A DNA stretch of 64,000 nt from a virus (Duplodnaviria; Caudoviricetes): IMG/VR virus record IMGVR_UViG_3300006752_000009; one strand, 5' to 3'. Of this stretch, positions 28,701-35,773 are shown one piece after another; positions within the stretch are counted from its first letter, which is position 1, and each line of letters opens with the position of its first letter. The notes beneath the pieces are model-generated. The model was not told the origin of the DNA. It searched no databases and saw only the letters and a list, made by a program, of their open reading frames with translations. Position numbers and translations under genes: made by a program.

Positions 28701-30625
28701 GATTCACTGTATCAGTTACCTTTACTTCAAGTGGTGCAGGAACAGAGCGAGACATCAGTGAGCTGATTGCTACTCTTAATACTGCTTTGGCTACACATGG
28801 GTCTGCTCACGCAGAGGGTCAAAACATTCGAGTAGTGAGTGCTTATGGTGATACTAATGCTTACATTCGTGTAGGTGCAGGTGTTGGCAATACAGCATTT
28901 AACTTGATTGAAGGAGATACTGCTTCAGCTAAGGGTGTGAGTGCAAGTGCTTTGGTTTCTGCTCTCATGTCTCATTCAGAGGCACAGGCAGACATTGCCG
29001 ATTTCTTAGTCTCTGATACTGAGACTAAAATAGATGATGGTGCGGCAGATAAGTATGCGACCAATGCAGTTTCATTTATCCACACTGACGCTGTGGGTAA
29101 GCAATACATTGGTTTTGAGTCGCTTTCTGTAGGTGTCGCAAGTATCCTCGATGTGACAGCTCAAGGTAATGTTGCTACCACTAAGGGAACAGGTCTAAAG
29201 CTCACCACAAGTTCGGGAGCTGTGGGAGAAGCGTCTACACAAGGCTTCTTCTTAACCTCTAACAACCCTAATGGTACAGGATCAGCTAACACTTCTTCGA
29301 TCAATGATGGAACAGGTGCAGACGGTCGTATCAGTCAGACTTATGTTGACTCTGTGACAGGTTTCACCATCACTATTCTCCCACGAGAAGGTGGTATTGC
29401 TTACCCGACAGGTGCAGATTCGACTTTGACTTTTAATGTAAGCACTAGCATCAAGACTAATGCGAACATCCCACAGTATGCCATTCCTGGTGTTTCATTG
29501 GTTGTTTCTAACACCCTTGATACAGCGATTGGTGATAATGCTCTTGTAGAGACTTTCTACAAAGGTGGGAAAGAGCCTACTATCGGTCAGACTTATTACA
29601 TCGACTTCACTAGAGATCGTTCGAGCTTCAACACTCGTACCTTCACTAACCTTGCCGATGTGGTTCGTACTTATGGTGAGATTTCTCTTGAGAACACCTT
29701 ATCAATGGGTGCGTTCCTTGCGTTCTCGAATGGGGCTACAGCACTTGCTTGTAAGCAGATTCAGCTCGATACAGGAGTTGTTGAGCCTTCCGAAGATCAG
29801 ATGGTGACAGCACTCCAAGAGATTGAGGGCGAGATTGTGCCAGGTCTTTCACCAAGTGTGATCGTACCTCTCATGCCTGCTTCGACAGCACTTCTTTCAG
29901 CGATTTCTAATCACTGTGATGTTCAGTCATCACTCCGTTATCGTTCAGAGCGTAGGGCTGTTCTTGGTTGTGCTGTAGGTACTCAACCTCGTGATGCTCA
30001 AGCACTTGCTCAAGCGACAGGGAACTCTCGTATATGTTTGATTTATCCAGACATTGCTAACATTCGTTTCACTGACTCTCAAGGGGTGGCACAGAGCTAC
30101 TTCGTAGGTGGTGAGATGATCGCAGTTGCTGTTGCGATGGCTACTTCTAACCCTGCAATCGACTCGGCCACCCCTTGGACTAACCGATCTGTTAATGGCT
30201 TCACTGATCTTGGTCGTATCCTTGATGATGTTGATGCTAATACCACAGCGAATGCAGGTATCACTGTCCTCAAGCAGACTCCACAAGGCATCCAAGTTCG
30301 TCATGGTCTGACCACCAATATGACTTCTGTGCTGACCAAGACTCCGACTGTTGTTCAGATCGCAGACGATGTTCACTTGCGAGTACGCAATCTCTGTAAT
30401 CGTTATATCGGTACTAAGTTTGTTCCGAATACGATTTCTCAGATTGAAGGTCGTGTGAATGGACTCTTTAAGCAGTTGGTTCGAGATCAAATCATCTCGA
30501 CTTACACAGGTCTTACTGTAGCGACTGACCCGAATGACCCAACAGGTCTTTTGGTAGATGTGTTCTACAAGCCTGTATTCCCTCTCCTTTACATTCAGTT
30601 CACCTTTACGGTTCAAGGTAGCTGA
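25775..30625 (+). CDS. Contractile tail sheath protein (very large, multiple inserted domains)
   Basis: N-terminal YAPPGVYTRT; C-terminal sheath domain GITVL...VRHGLTT...TPTVVQIADDV...YKPVFPLLYIQFTF. Confidence 0.88.
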   Translation: MAIEGGYAPPGVYTRTIFEDTNTNLAQLQGKVPTIVGVGKQTFQVNGSELVRGSSSTIDQRIVEEDPTGRMIADTNPDGSFVLSDFNGVLTEVYVRHFPIVTGEGSGTTSNTPSSVSATINGNATVIIEVDGANGKIRLAEAPSQGDDVRISYFFNRTDTFVEDEVLSSQVSDFQTEIRGSASSFVITAETNTLIITCDGETQVLTLGVDAVRADSLNKVQNAINGAEIGSLTATTYVDQNGSENLLLSADGEIIVGAGTANTALGVYASQRGTDRNRIFFTANGPIVDGSNGGVITTDVSLITVKIDNAVVQAESVDGANGSFTLSSPPKVGSTVSVSYHHNTFQDKFDYIPGRDVKSIDRVSIVASGGGEAAQFIQDVDFVLSDDRIVWGTASIVSQGGTQTGNTAFGTAQVSALLRDERGYLLECSPVVITSVTPSRILAKTFKLPYQPVDGTGSGIPTSNPALIQVRTGVSFADALENSVATVTRVDPATSQITLATEPPTNHKVFATFFYSILQDKFDLNAYNVAVETVGASGLGTYTLTSGTTSFFGAELTAKGNDLSETVIEFPSGSEALTGIRFSSGVPVEEIITLQFGNFDETPATFFVEGSAPYYLVDGQSDTLAITVDQQAVSVDFSAPTDGTRLGNITHHVGGVLPYTAESDNSNLGDGISTSITLKVDGLDLPPCTVAGDDKKVADLVTEINTQSLTVKPTYTAMSVMGAWSAKNNTYKVFKFSYRGSTTAESEVECTIDEADYLTAEALAGDSTILGDQADTGVNKALVAGILAEPALAGLQITCSSVGGRLVFTLDAIPGADTYGYIEFITDADPDTSFLSVAGIDGHQNTGSAGGTQTKWGFMPVAALASVDILGNGVLTEPHRDRLVLKNRTLIGNTYYPPSSIDLGLSVSTGTNLNLMGITPSLSLVASRTSVIDKPSILLNVGWDEVDAVSGIPAKTMYDGTDAEDQNDTLVLVLSGFTVSVTFTSSGAGTERDISELIATLNTALATHGSAHAEGQNIRVVSAYGDTNAYIRVGAGVGNTAFNLIEGDTASAKGVSASALVSALMSHSEAQADIADFLVSDTETKIDDGAADKYATNAVSFIHTDAVGKQYIGFESLSVGVASILDVTAQGNVATTKGTGLKLTTSSGAVGEASTQGFFLTSNNPNGTGSANTSSINDGTGADGRISQTYVDSVTGFTITILPREGGIAYPTGADSTLTFNVSTSIKTNANIPQYAIPGVSLVVSNTLDTAIGDNALVETFYKGGKEPTIGQTYYIDFTRDRSSFNTRTFTNLADVVRTYGEISLENTLSMGAFLAFSNGATALACKQIQLDTGVVEPSEDQMVTALQEIEGEIVPGLSPSVIVPLMPASTALLSAISNHCDVQSSLRYRSERRAVLGCAVGTQPRDAQALAQATGNSRICLIYPDIANIRFTDSQGVAQSYFVGGEMIAVAVAMATSNPAIDSATPWTNRSVNGFTDLGRILDDVDANTTANAGITVLKQTPQGIQVRHGLTTNMTSVLTKTPTVVQIADDVHLRVRNLCNRYIGTKFVPNTISQIEGRVNGLFKQLVRDQIISTYTGLTVATDPNDPTGLLVDVFYKPVFPLLYIQFTFTVQGS

Positions 30626-30635
30626 TTAAAGGAAA

Positions 30636-30675
30636 GTCCTCTCTAAGAGCCATTTAAGCAACTCTTAGAGAGGAC
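30636..30675. terminator. 14-bp hairpin between convergent genes (probable bidirectional terminator)
   Basis: gtcctctctaagag-N12-ctcttagagaggac perfect inverted repeat after the sheath stop. Confidence 0.7.
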
Positions 30676-30707
30676 TGACCGACCATGCTTGGTTTACTGA
30701 CCGATCA

Positions 30708-30938
30708 TTATCGGTCTTCATCTTCGATGTCCTCTAGGGCATTGGGCACATCTTCCCAATCCCCATGTTCCCAAAGCTCACCGAACTCAATGGACTCGCT
30801 GTCAGTCCAATAGCTGAAACTTAGGCTGTCGGGTCGCTTGGTATCTTCTTCTTCATCAAGACCATCAAGGTCAAGTTCCCACTCATGTCCATTGACTCGT
30901 AGGAAACAGTATTTTACGCTGACCTCCCACTCTCGCAC
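30708..30938 (-). CDS. Small acidic hypothetical protein
   Basis: 76-aa ORF. Confidence 0.5.
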   Translation of the reverse strand: MREWEVSVKYCFLRVNGHEWELDLDGLDEEEDTKRPDSLSFSYWTDSESIEFGELWEHGDWEDVPNALEDIEDEDR

Positions 30939-30944
30939 TTTACT

Positions 30945-31139
30945 TCAGTCATGGTATTCATCGAGTTCGATGAGGTCGATCTCAAAGTCAACGACCTCTC
31001 CATCATGGTACTCATAGGTGAGTTCCAAAGTGGCTTGGGGAGTCTCGATAGACCATGTAGAGTTCTCTAGGTCATCCCTAGAGAGTAGTCCAACATTGAT
31101 TTTTGCAACGATCTCATCGGGGGGTGGTGATTGATCCAT
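30945..31139 (-). CDS. Small acidic hypothetical protein (true start may be 31161 via frameshift)
   Basis: 64-aa ORF lacking its own SD; see finding. Confidence 0.45.
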   Translation of the reverse strand: MDQSPPPDEIVAKINVGLLSRDDLENSTWSIETPQATLELTYEYHDGEVVDFEIDLIELDEYHD

Positions 31140-31220
31140 TTATTGCGATGATGGTATTCATGTTTGTTCTTCTTTCGGGGGAGTGGGTTTCGTGAGTTCC
31201 TCTGCTCCTCACACTAGGGT

Positions 31221-31236
31221 ATAGATAAGGGATTAC
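31221..31236 (-). promoter_or_regulatory. Class II motif variant GTAATCCCTTATCTAT
   Basis: Divergent partner of the 31290 copy. Confidence 0.7.
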
Positions 31237-31289
31237 GGTTCGCTTAAAGTCTTGCTTTTGTTGAGCTTTTCGATAAGTATGCCGATCTC

Positions 31290-31305
31290 GTAACCCCTTA
31301 TCTAT
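31290..31305 (+). promoter_or_regulatory. Class II repeated motif GTAACCCCTTATCTAT
   Basis: Upstream of ACTCTTGAAAGGAGAA RBS and the 31347 start. Confidence 0.75.
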
Positions 31306-31346
31306 AGTGATTGTGTAGCCCGACACACTCTTGAAAGGAGAACACA

Positions 31347-31520
31347 ATGGCTCGCAAGAACAAAACCCAAGACAGCAACAAGGCTCAGAAAGCCGCCATG
31401 CGTAAGGCTCACTTCGCAAATGGTGGGTCAACCAGTGTGTGGTGTGGTAAATCTAACGCACACTCGGATCTTAAGAAGGCTCGCAACAAGTCGTCTTGCC
31501 GAAAGAAGGTTCAGTGGTGA
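31347..31520 (+). CDS. Small basic protein (57 aa)
   Basis: Manual translation MARKNKTQDSNKAQKAAMRKAHFANGG...CRKKVQW; AAAGGAG SD. Confidence 0.6.
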   Translation: MARKNKTQDSNKAQKAAMRKAHFANGGSTSVWCGKSNAHSDLKKARNKSSCRKKVQW

Positions 31521-31684
31521 TGAACATACTAAGACAAATGATAGCTCTCATTGAGAGCAGAACAGATCCTAGCATGACACGCATGGAAGCGTGGAACGCT
31601 GTCGAAGATGACCTCAGAAACCTCAACCCTCGTATGAGGTGGGAGTCTTTCAAAAGACTGTGGGCTGAGTGCCACAAGTCGTAA
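31520..31684 (+). CDS. Small hypothetical protein
   Basis: TGATG-coupled start MNILRQ; stop lies within class II motif. Confidence 0.55.
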   Translation: MNILRQMIALIESRTDPSMTRMEAWNAVEDDLRNLNPRMRWESFKRLWAECHKS

Positions 31685-31696
31685 CCCCTTATTTAT
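31681..31696 (+). promoter_or_regulatory. Class II repeated motif GTAACCCCTTATTTAT (supplies upstream stop)
   Basis: TAA 31682-31684. Confidence 0.75.
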
Positions 31697-31741
31697 ACCT
31701 TTATGTCATCAACACTTACTCTCTGAAAGGAGAACAACACT

Positions 31742-32689
31742 ATGCCAAAGGCAATCAATCTAACTTCATCATGTGGAACATATGACTTTCTTCGCCCTCA
31801 GTTGGCTAAGGGCAGTCATAAGGGCAAGAATGTCTTGGAGAACATCGCAGGGTCAGCTTCTTGGGTGGGCGAGATGAAACTCGATGGGCATCGTATGCTC
31901 GTATCGTCTACCTGTGCTTGGTCAAGGATCGGCAAGGACATCGCTCGTATGGATCATATCCAAAACGAGTGTCCTGTGGGAACTTTGCTAGATGGTGAGA
32001 TCCTCCCTAAGAGTGGAGCAGAGGGTTCAGATCGTGTATCGAACCTTCGGGCTGATGACCCTACAGCTCTTGGGTTCGTGGCTTTCGACATCTTGTATCA
32101 TGAAGGTCAGTATGTCGGTGATCTATCTTGGGACAAGCGTAGAGTTATCCTTGAGTCTGTCATCGAGGACAGCATGGAGCATATCAGCTTGAGTCAACTC
32201 TACTACATGAACGAGTGGAGTACAGAACAACTCATGGAGATCGCTTCTGATCGAGAGCATGAGGGTATCATGCTCAAGAAGGTAAACGCTCCATACAAGG
32301 CAAACTCACGCTCTGCATGGGTGAAGCATAAGTTCACCGACACCCATGATGTGGTGATCGTGGACGCAAACGCAAAGCCTAGTGAGTGGCGAGTCCGACC
32401 AGGTGAGGTCTATCGTCAAGATGGAAAGCTCTATCCCGAAGGTCTGCATACCGACCCTTGGATCAAGGGGTATGTCGGGCTTAACTATGGCTTCTATGAC
32501 CAACAGGGAACGCTCCGTATCGTAGGCTCACTTGGTGAGACTGGTCCTCGTGAAGATATGGAACAATATGTGGGTCGGGTAGCCGAGATCAAGGCTTATG
32601 GACAGTACCCTACAGGAGCGTTGCGACACCCTGTCCTTGAGCGTTGGCGAGAGGATAAACTACCAGAGGACTGTACCTTTGACTTTTAA
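31742..32689 (+). CDS. lig: ATP-dependent DNA ligase (minimal adenylation + OB domains)
   Basis: Motif I EMKLDGHR, LLDGEI, FVAFDIL, EGIMLK, WVKHK, LRHPV. Confidence 0.88.
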   Translation: MPKAINLTSSCGTYDFLRPQLAKGSHKGKNVLENIAGSASWVGEMKLDGHRMLVSSTCAWSRIGKDIARMDHIQNECPVGTLLDGEILPKSGAEGSDRVSNLRADDPTALGFVAFDILYHEGQYVGDLSWDKRRVILESVIEDSMEHISLSQLYYMNEWSTEQLMEIASDREHEGIMLKKVNAPYKANSRSAWVKHKFTDTHDVVIVDANAKPSEWRVRPGEVYRQDGKLYPEGLHTDPWIKGYVGLNYGFYDQQGTLRIVGSLGETGPREDMEQYVGRVAEIKAYGQYPTGALRHPVLERWREDKLPEDCTFDF

Positions 32690-32702
32690 GGAGAATAACA
32701 AC

Positions 32703-32999
32703 ATGAAGAAACCAAGTTTACTGATCGTGAAAAGCCGAGTAAAGATTGACCCTACCTTTGAGAACCATATCGGGTATATCGACTTCAGCTTTGCTAACCG
32801 AGAGTACAAAAAGTTTGAGGGCATCTATCTCAAGTCTTTTGATAGTCGTAAAAACTCTCCTAGATTTAGATCGGGTCTGACCCAAAGTCAGACCAAGCTC
32901 ACAAACACGATCTCGATGAACTTAGTTGACTATAAAGGTCTTGATGTAGGCTCATTTCTTGAGAGCTTACAGTCAGTTTTCAATGTGGTCGAGGGATGA
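32703..32999 (+). CDS. Hypothetical protein
   Basis: Start reassigned to MKKPSL (AAGGAG SD). Confidence 0.55.
   Translation: MKKPSLLIVKSRVKIDPTFENHIGYIDFSFANREYKKFEGIYLKSFDSRKNSPRFRSGLTQSQTKLTNTISMNLVDYKGLDVGSFLESLQSVFNVVEG
32979..32999 (+). repeat. 21-bp direct repeat, left copy (ttcaatgtggtcgagggatga)
   Basis: Identical to 33588-33608; partial 13-nt copy at 33061-33073. Confidence 0.9.
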
Positions 33000-33078
33000 A
33001 CAGGCACAAGATAAAAGCCAAAGTCTCAATGTCTTGGGTTTCTTGGAGATCTTAAGATCAGTCTTCAATGTGGCTCAA

Positions 33079-33199
33079 TAGTTTATTTATACCTACACAT
33101 AAGTGATCTCAATCAACCTTAAACAATGGAGAAATCGTTATGAGAAGATCTGCCAGTGAAGTAATCCGTAATCTTGAGAGTCGTATTGCACAACTTGAA
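33079..33199 (+). promoter_or_regulatory. Leader cassette B (class I motif + 5'UTR + MRRSASEVIRNLESRIAQLE)
   Basis: Aligns with the other copies. Confidence 0.85.
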
Positions 33200-33568
33200 A
33201 AATCTGCAAAGTCTACTCCGATTACATTGGAGTCTCCAGGTAGTCAGATGAGGGGTACTGTAAATACTCAGACTGTAAACGGTTTGAAAGAAATGCTCAA
33301 ATCCGTACAAGAAATGTACGACATGGGTACATATATTGAAGACCCTAAAGATGAGTTTGAAGAGATTAATGTTTCTTGGGACTATAAAGGTTGGATTGAT
33401 CTCGGAAACAGTATTCAGTTCCAGGTCAATCACGAAATCAACTACGATGGTAACCCTTACCTTGAGGTATCTAAAGAGGAACTTTGTAGAGCCATGTGTG
33501 CAGAGGGTCTTTGCGATGACCTTATCAAGAAGTTCTTAAAGAGAAACTTAAAGAACCATTCTATGTAG
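33140..33568 (+). CDS. Leader-bearing hypothetical protein B
   Basis: 142 aa, MRRSAS leader, acidic body. Confidence 0.75.
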   Translation: MRRSASEVIRNLESRIAQLEKSAKSTPITLESPGSQMRGTVNTQTVNGLKEMLKSVQEMYDMGTYIEDPKDEFEEINVSWDYKGWIDLGNSIQFQVNHEINYDGNPYLEVSKEELCRAMCAEGLCDDLIKKFLKRNLKNHSM

Positions 33569-33575
33569 GATTCTT

Positions 33576-33845
33576 TTATCCCTCGTCTTCAATGTGGTCG
33601 AGGGATGATTTAGAGACATAGACAGGAGTGTGCTCTCCCCAATATGCACCGAGTACATTAAACTCGTACCACTCCCAAGCCATTTCATAGGCTCTTTCCT
33701 CATCAGTTTCTTCATCTTGAAACTCATTTTTCCAATGAGAAATCATCCTGTCGAGGTCATACACAAGAGCGTAAGGCTTTGAAGCTACACCTATAATCAT
33801 GCTGTCAAATACTGATCTCGGTTCAAGGTAAACAAGATTTTCCAT
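33576..33845 (-). CDS. Hypothetical phage protein
   Basis: Start reassigned to MENLVY (GGAG SD); AWEWYEFNVLGAYWGEHTPVYV. Confidence 0.6.
   Translation of the reverse strand: MENLVYLEPRSVFDSMIIGVASKPYALVYDLDRMISHWKNEFQDEETDEERAYEMAWEWYEFNVLGAYWGEHTPVYVSKSSLDHIEDEG
33588..33608 (+). repeat. 21-bp direct repeat, right copy
   Basis: Identical to 32979-32999. Confidence 0.9.
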
Positions 33846-33939
33846 TTTTTTGCTCCTTTTGAGGTTAGTTTTGTATAATACCAATGTGAGTGTTATTGAA
33901 CGCTCCGATGATCTTTGAAAACTTGTTGAACTTAACTTG

Positions 33940-34008
33940 AACACCTATGCTCTTTGGTAAGAGCGTCAGATGACTGACGATGACAGGTTCGACTCCTGTT
34001 AGGTGTTT
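33940..34008 (+). ncRNA. tRNA-like element with shrunken (4-6 nt) anticodon loop
   Basis: Acceptor aacacct/aggtgtt, D gctc-N8-gagc, gtcag-atga-ctgac, T acagg-ttcgact-cctgt. Confidence 0.7.
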
Positions 34009-34088
34009 TAGGTTATCCTCCCCTTTAGTTTTTTCACACTTTAAGTTTGAGAGTACCAAGGTTTAGGCAATGGGGGGATAACCTTTAA

Positions 34089-34160
34089 GCATTAGTAGCT
34101 CAGTGGAAGAGCAACACTTTCCTAAAGTGTAGGTCGTAGGTTCGATCCCTACCTAGTGTA
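34089..34160 (+). tRNA. trnR: tRNA-Arg(CCT)
   Basis: Cloverleaf; anticodon arm acact-ttCCTaa-agtgt; T-loop ttcgatc. Confidence 0.88.
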
Positions 34161-34239
34161 CTAGACCCTCCTTTTCATCTTTTTACAAAAAATATCTAGG
34201 GGTAGATAGTGGGTAGATGTGGAAGGGTCTTTTTTTATC

Positions 34240-34293
34240 ATGTCAGACCTCAATGGTGAGGTTGAGAAATAGGGTTCGATCCCCTCTGATGTG
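34240..34293 (+). ncRNA. Anticodon-armless tRNA-like RNA 1
   Basis: Acceptor atgtcag/ctgatgt, D cctc-aatggt-gagg, 9-nt linker, T aggg-ttcgatc-ccct. Confidence 0.65.
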
Positions 34294-34530
34294 TTAGACT
34301 CCCCCTACTTTCTTTTATTTTCTTGTCTTGGATAAAAGAGGAGTAGGGTAGGGGTGGGTCTATTAGGCGATTTACCGAGACAAGAAGAAAAAATGCTGTG
34401 CCTAAGCCAGTATACCTACGAAAGCCCGTATGCGTGGGAGACTGTAGACAAGAGAAAGCGGTGGGTCAACCTCTCAGACCTAAGCCCTCACTACACTTGA
34501 GAGATAACATTAACCTTTAGGAGTTTGATT

Positions 34531-34608
34531 ATGAGTAATCCAAACTATCCATCTAAGACTGGAAACCCATCGGGTGGAGGTCGAGGAAACACACCTAAAT
34601 CTAAATAA
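34531..34608 (+). CDS. 25-aa Gly/Pro/Asn-rich micropeptide MSNPNYPSKTGNPSGGGRGNTPKSK
   Basis: AGGAG SD at optimal spacing; lies between the two armless tRNA-like elements. Confidence 0.6.
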   Translation: MSNPNYPSKTGNPSGGGRGNTPKSK

Positions 34609-34711
34609 GGATTTAGATGAAATCCACACTCTGTAAAAGTGATCTTCTTCCCTTTTACTCATAAACACTATCTGTTGTTCCTAGATAGGTGGTAAAAAAG
34701 GAACACCTAAC

Positions 34712-34762
34712 ATATCTGACTCCTCTTGGTGGAGCTTGTCGGGTTCGACTCCCACAGATATG
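34712..34762 (+). ncRNA. Anticodon-armless tRNA-like RNA 2
   Basis: Acceptor atatctg/cagatat, D ctcc-tcttggt-ggag, short linker, T ggg-ttcgact-ccc. Confidence 0.65.
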
Positions 34763-34825
34763 CTAGACCCTCTTTTTATTGTTCATTTTGAACGGTGTGT
34801 GATAATCTTCGAGGGTCTAAACTTT

Positions 34826-34897
34826 GCACTTGTAGCTCAGTGGAAGAGCAGGGGCCTTCTAAGCCCAAGGTCGTAGGTTCGACCCCTACCAGGTGCG
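34826..34897 (+). tRNA. trnR: tRNA-Arg(TCT)
   Basis: Cloverleaf; gggc-ctTCTaa-gccc; acceptor gcacttg/caggtgc. Confidence 0.88.
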
Positions 34898-34899
34898 TT

Positions 34900-34998
34900 C
34901 GCTTGATTGGCATAAGACCTCTTATTGGAGATTTCTCTAATAGGGTTAGTTCTCCTTTAAGAGATCAAACTTTGGTTCGATTCCAAATCGAGCGACCA
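34900..34998 (+). ncRNA. tRNA-like RNA with encoded CCA, weak D-arm and greatly extended anticodon arm
   Basis: Acceptor cgcttga/tcgagcg + A + CCA; T tttgg-ttcgatt-ccaaa; ~45-nt hairpin in place of the anticodon arm. Confidence 0.6.
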
Positions 34999-35319
34999 CA
35001 CTCTGTTCCTTTATAGGAACTCTTCAAACAGACGCATAGAGAGTAGTGGAAAAACAGATAAGCGTTTGCTCTGGCTTATTTGGGGTCTGTTTACGCTTCT
35101 TATTGCCACCGTTAAAGAAGATGCAAGCTCTTGGAGAACTATGGCTTTCGCACCATAACCTACCTAAGAGGGAAGCAGACCAAAAATGTCAAATGGTGAA
35201 GCGAGGGCATTACGCTAATGCGAATAAGGCATCGAGGGAGTCTGCTCATTCCTCTCGTTCATATCTCCTTTGCTCTTGGTAAAAGGGATATGAGCCAATT
35301 TTGTTGTGAGGTAGAAATC

Positions 35320-35589
35320 ATGGGTTCTGATAAAGTCGAAAGTTTAAGGGTGTTAGTCAATCAAAAAATGAAGCTCGAAAAGTTCCTTAGTATTTGCGAG
35401 GGGCTTCACAGTGTGAGCTTCATCATGTTGATCTTCTATGTGGTAACATATAAACACAGTGATACCCTTTATGTTATCGCTTGGTCTTTTTTAGCGGTAG
35501 TAGGTTGGCTTATTACCTACCTCTTAGAGAAGAAGATTTTACTCGTAAAGAAATCCATCGCTGATGAACTCTTTGAAAGAGAAGAGTAA
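35320..35589 (+). CDS. Small two-TM membrane protein
   Basis: Start reassigned to MGSDKV; two hydrophobic segments. Confidence 0.55.
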   Translation: MGSDKVESLRVLVNQKMKLEKFLSICEGLHSVSFIMLIFYVVTYKHSDTLYVIAWSFLAVVGWLITYLLEKKILLVKKSIADELFEREE

Positions 35590-35592
35590 TAT

Positions 35593-35664
35593 GCTCACTT
35601 AGCTCAGTGGTAGAGCAATCGGCTGTTAACCGATCGGTCCAAGGTTCAAATCCTTGAGTGAGCG
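35593..35664 (+). tRNA. trnN: tRNA-Asn(GTT)
   Basis: atcgg-ctGTTaa-ccgat; canonical D and T arms. Confidence 0.92.
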
Positions 35665-35773
35665 ATACCTCCTTTGGTTGGTGGTTAAGAGCAACCATGA
35701 CCCCTCATGTAAATGGGTTGTGCAAAGATAGCTTCTAGGTTGTTGGTCGCTTCTTTGTTTAGGGGTCGCTTAT

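Noticed and set aside
63-35100. 16-nt match gtctgtttacgcttct between about 63-78 and 35085-35100
   Set aside because: A single 16-mer match is roughly expected by chance in 64 kb, and the first copy is coding (KRKQT)
35081-35230. Possible tmRNA (GGGGTCTG start; GCA...MAFAP* short frame)
   Set aside because: No matching T-arm and acceptor 3' strand with G3:U70 in either one-piece or permuted arrangement
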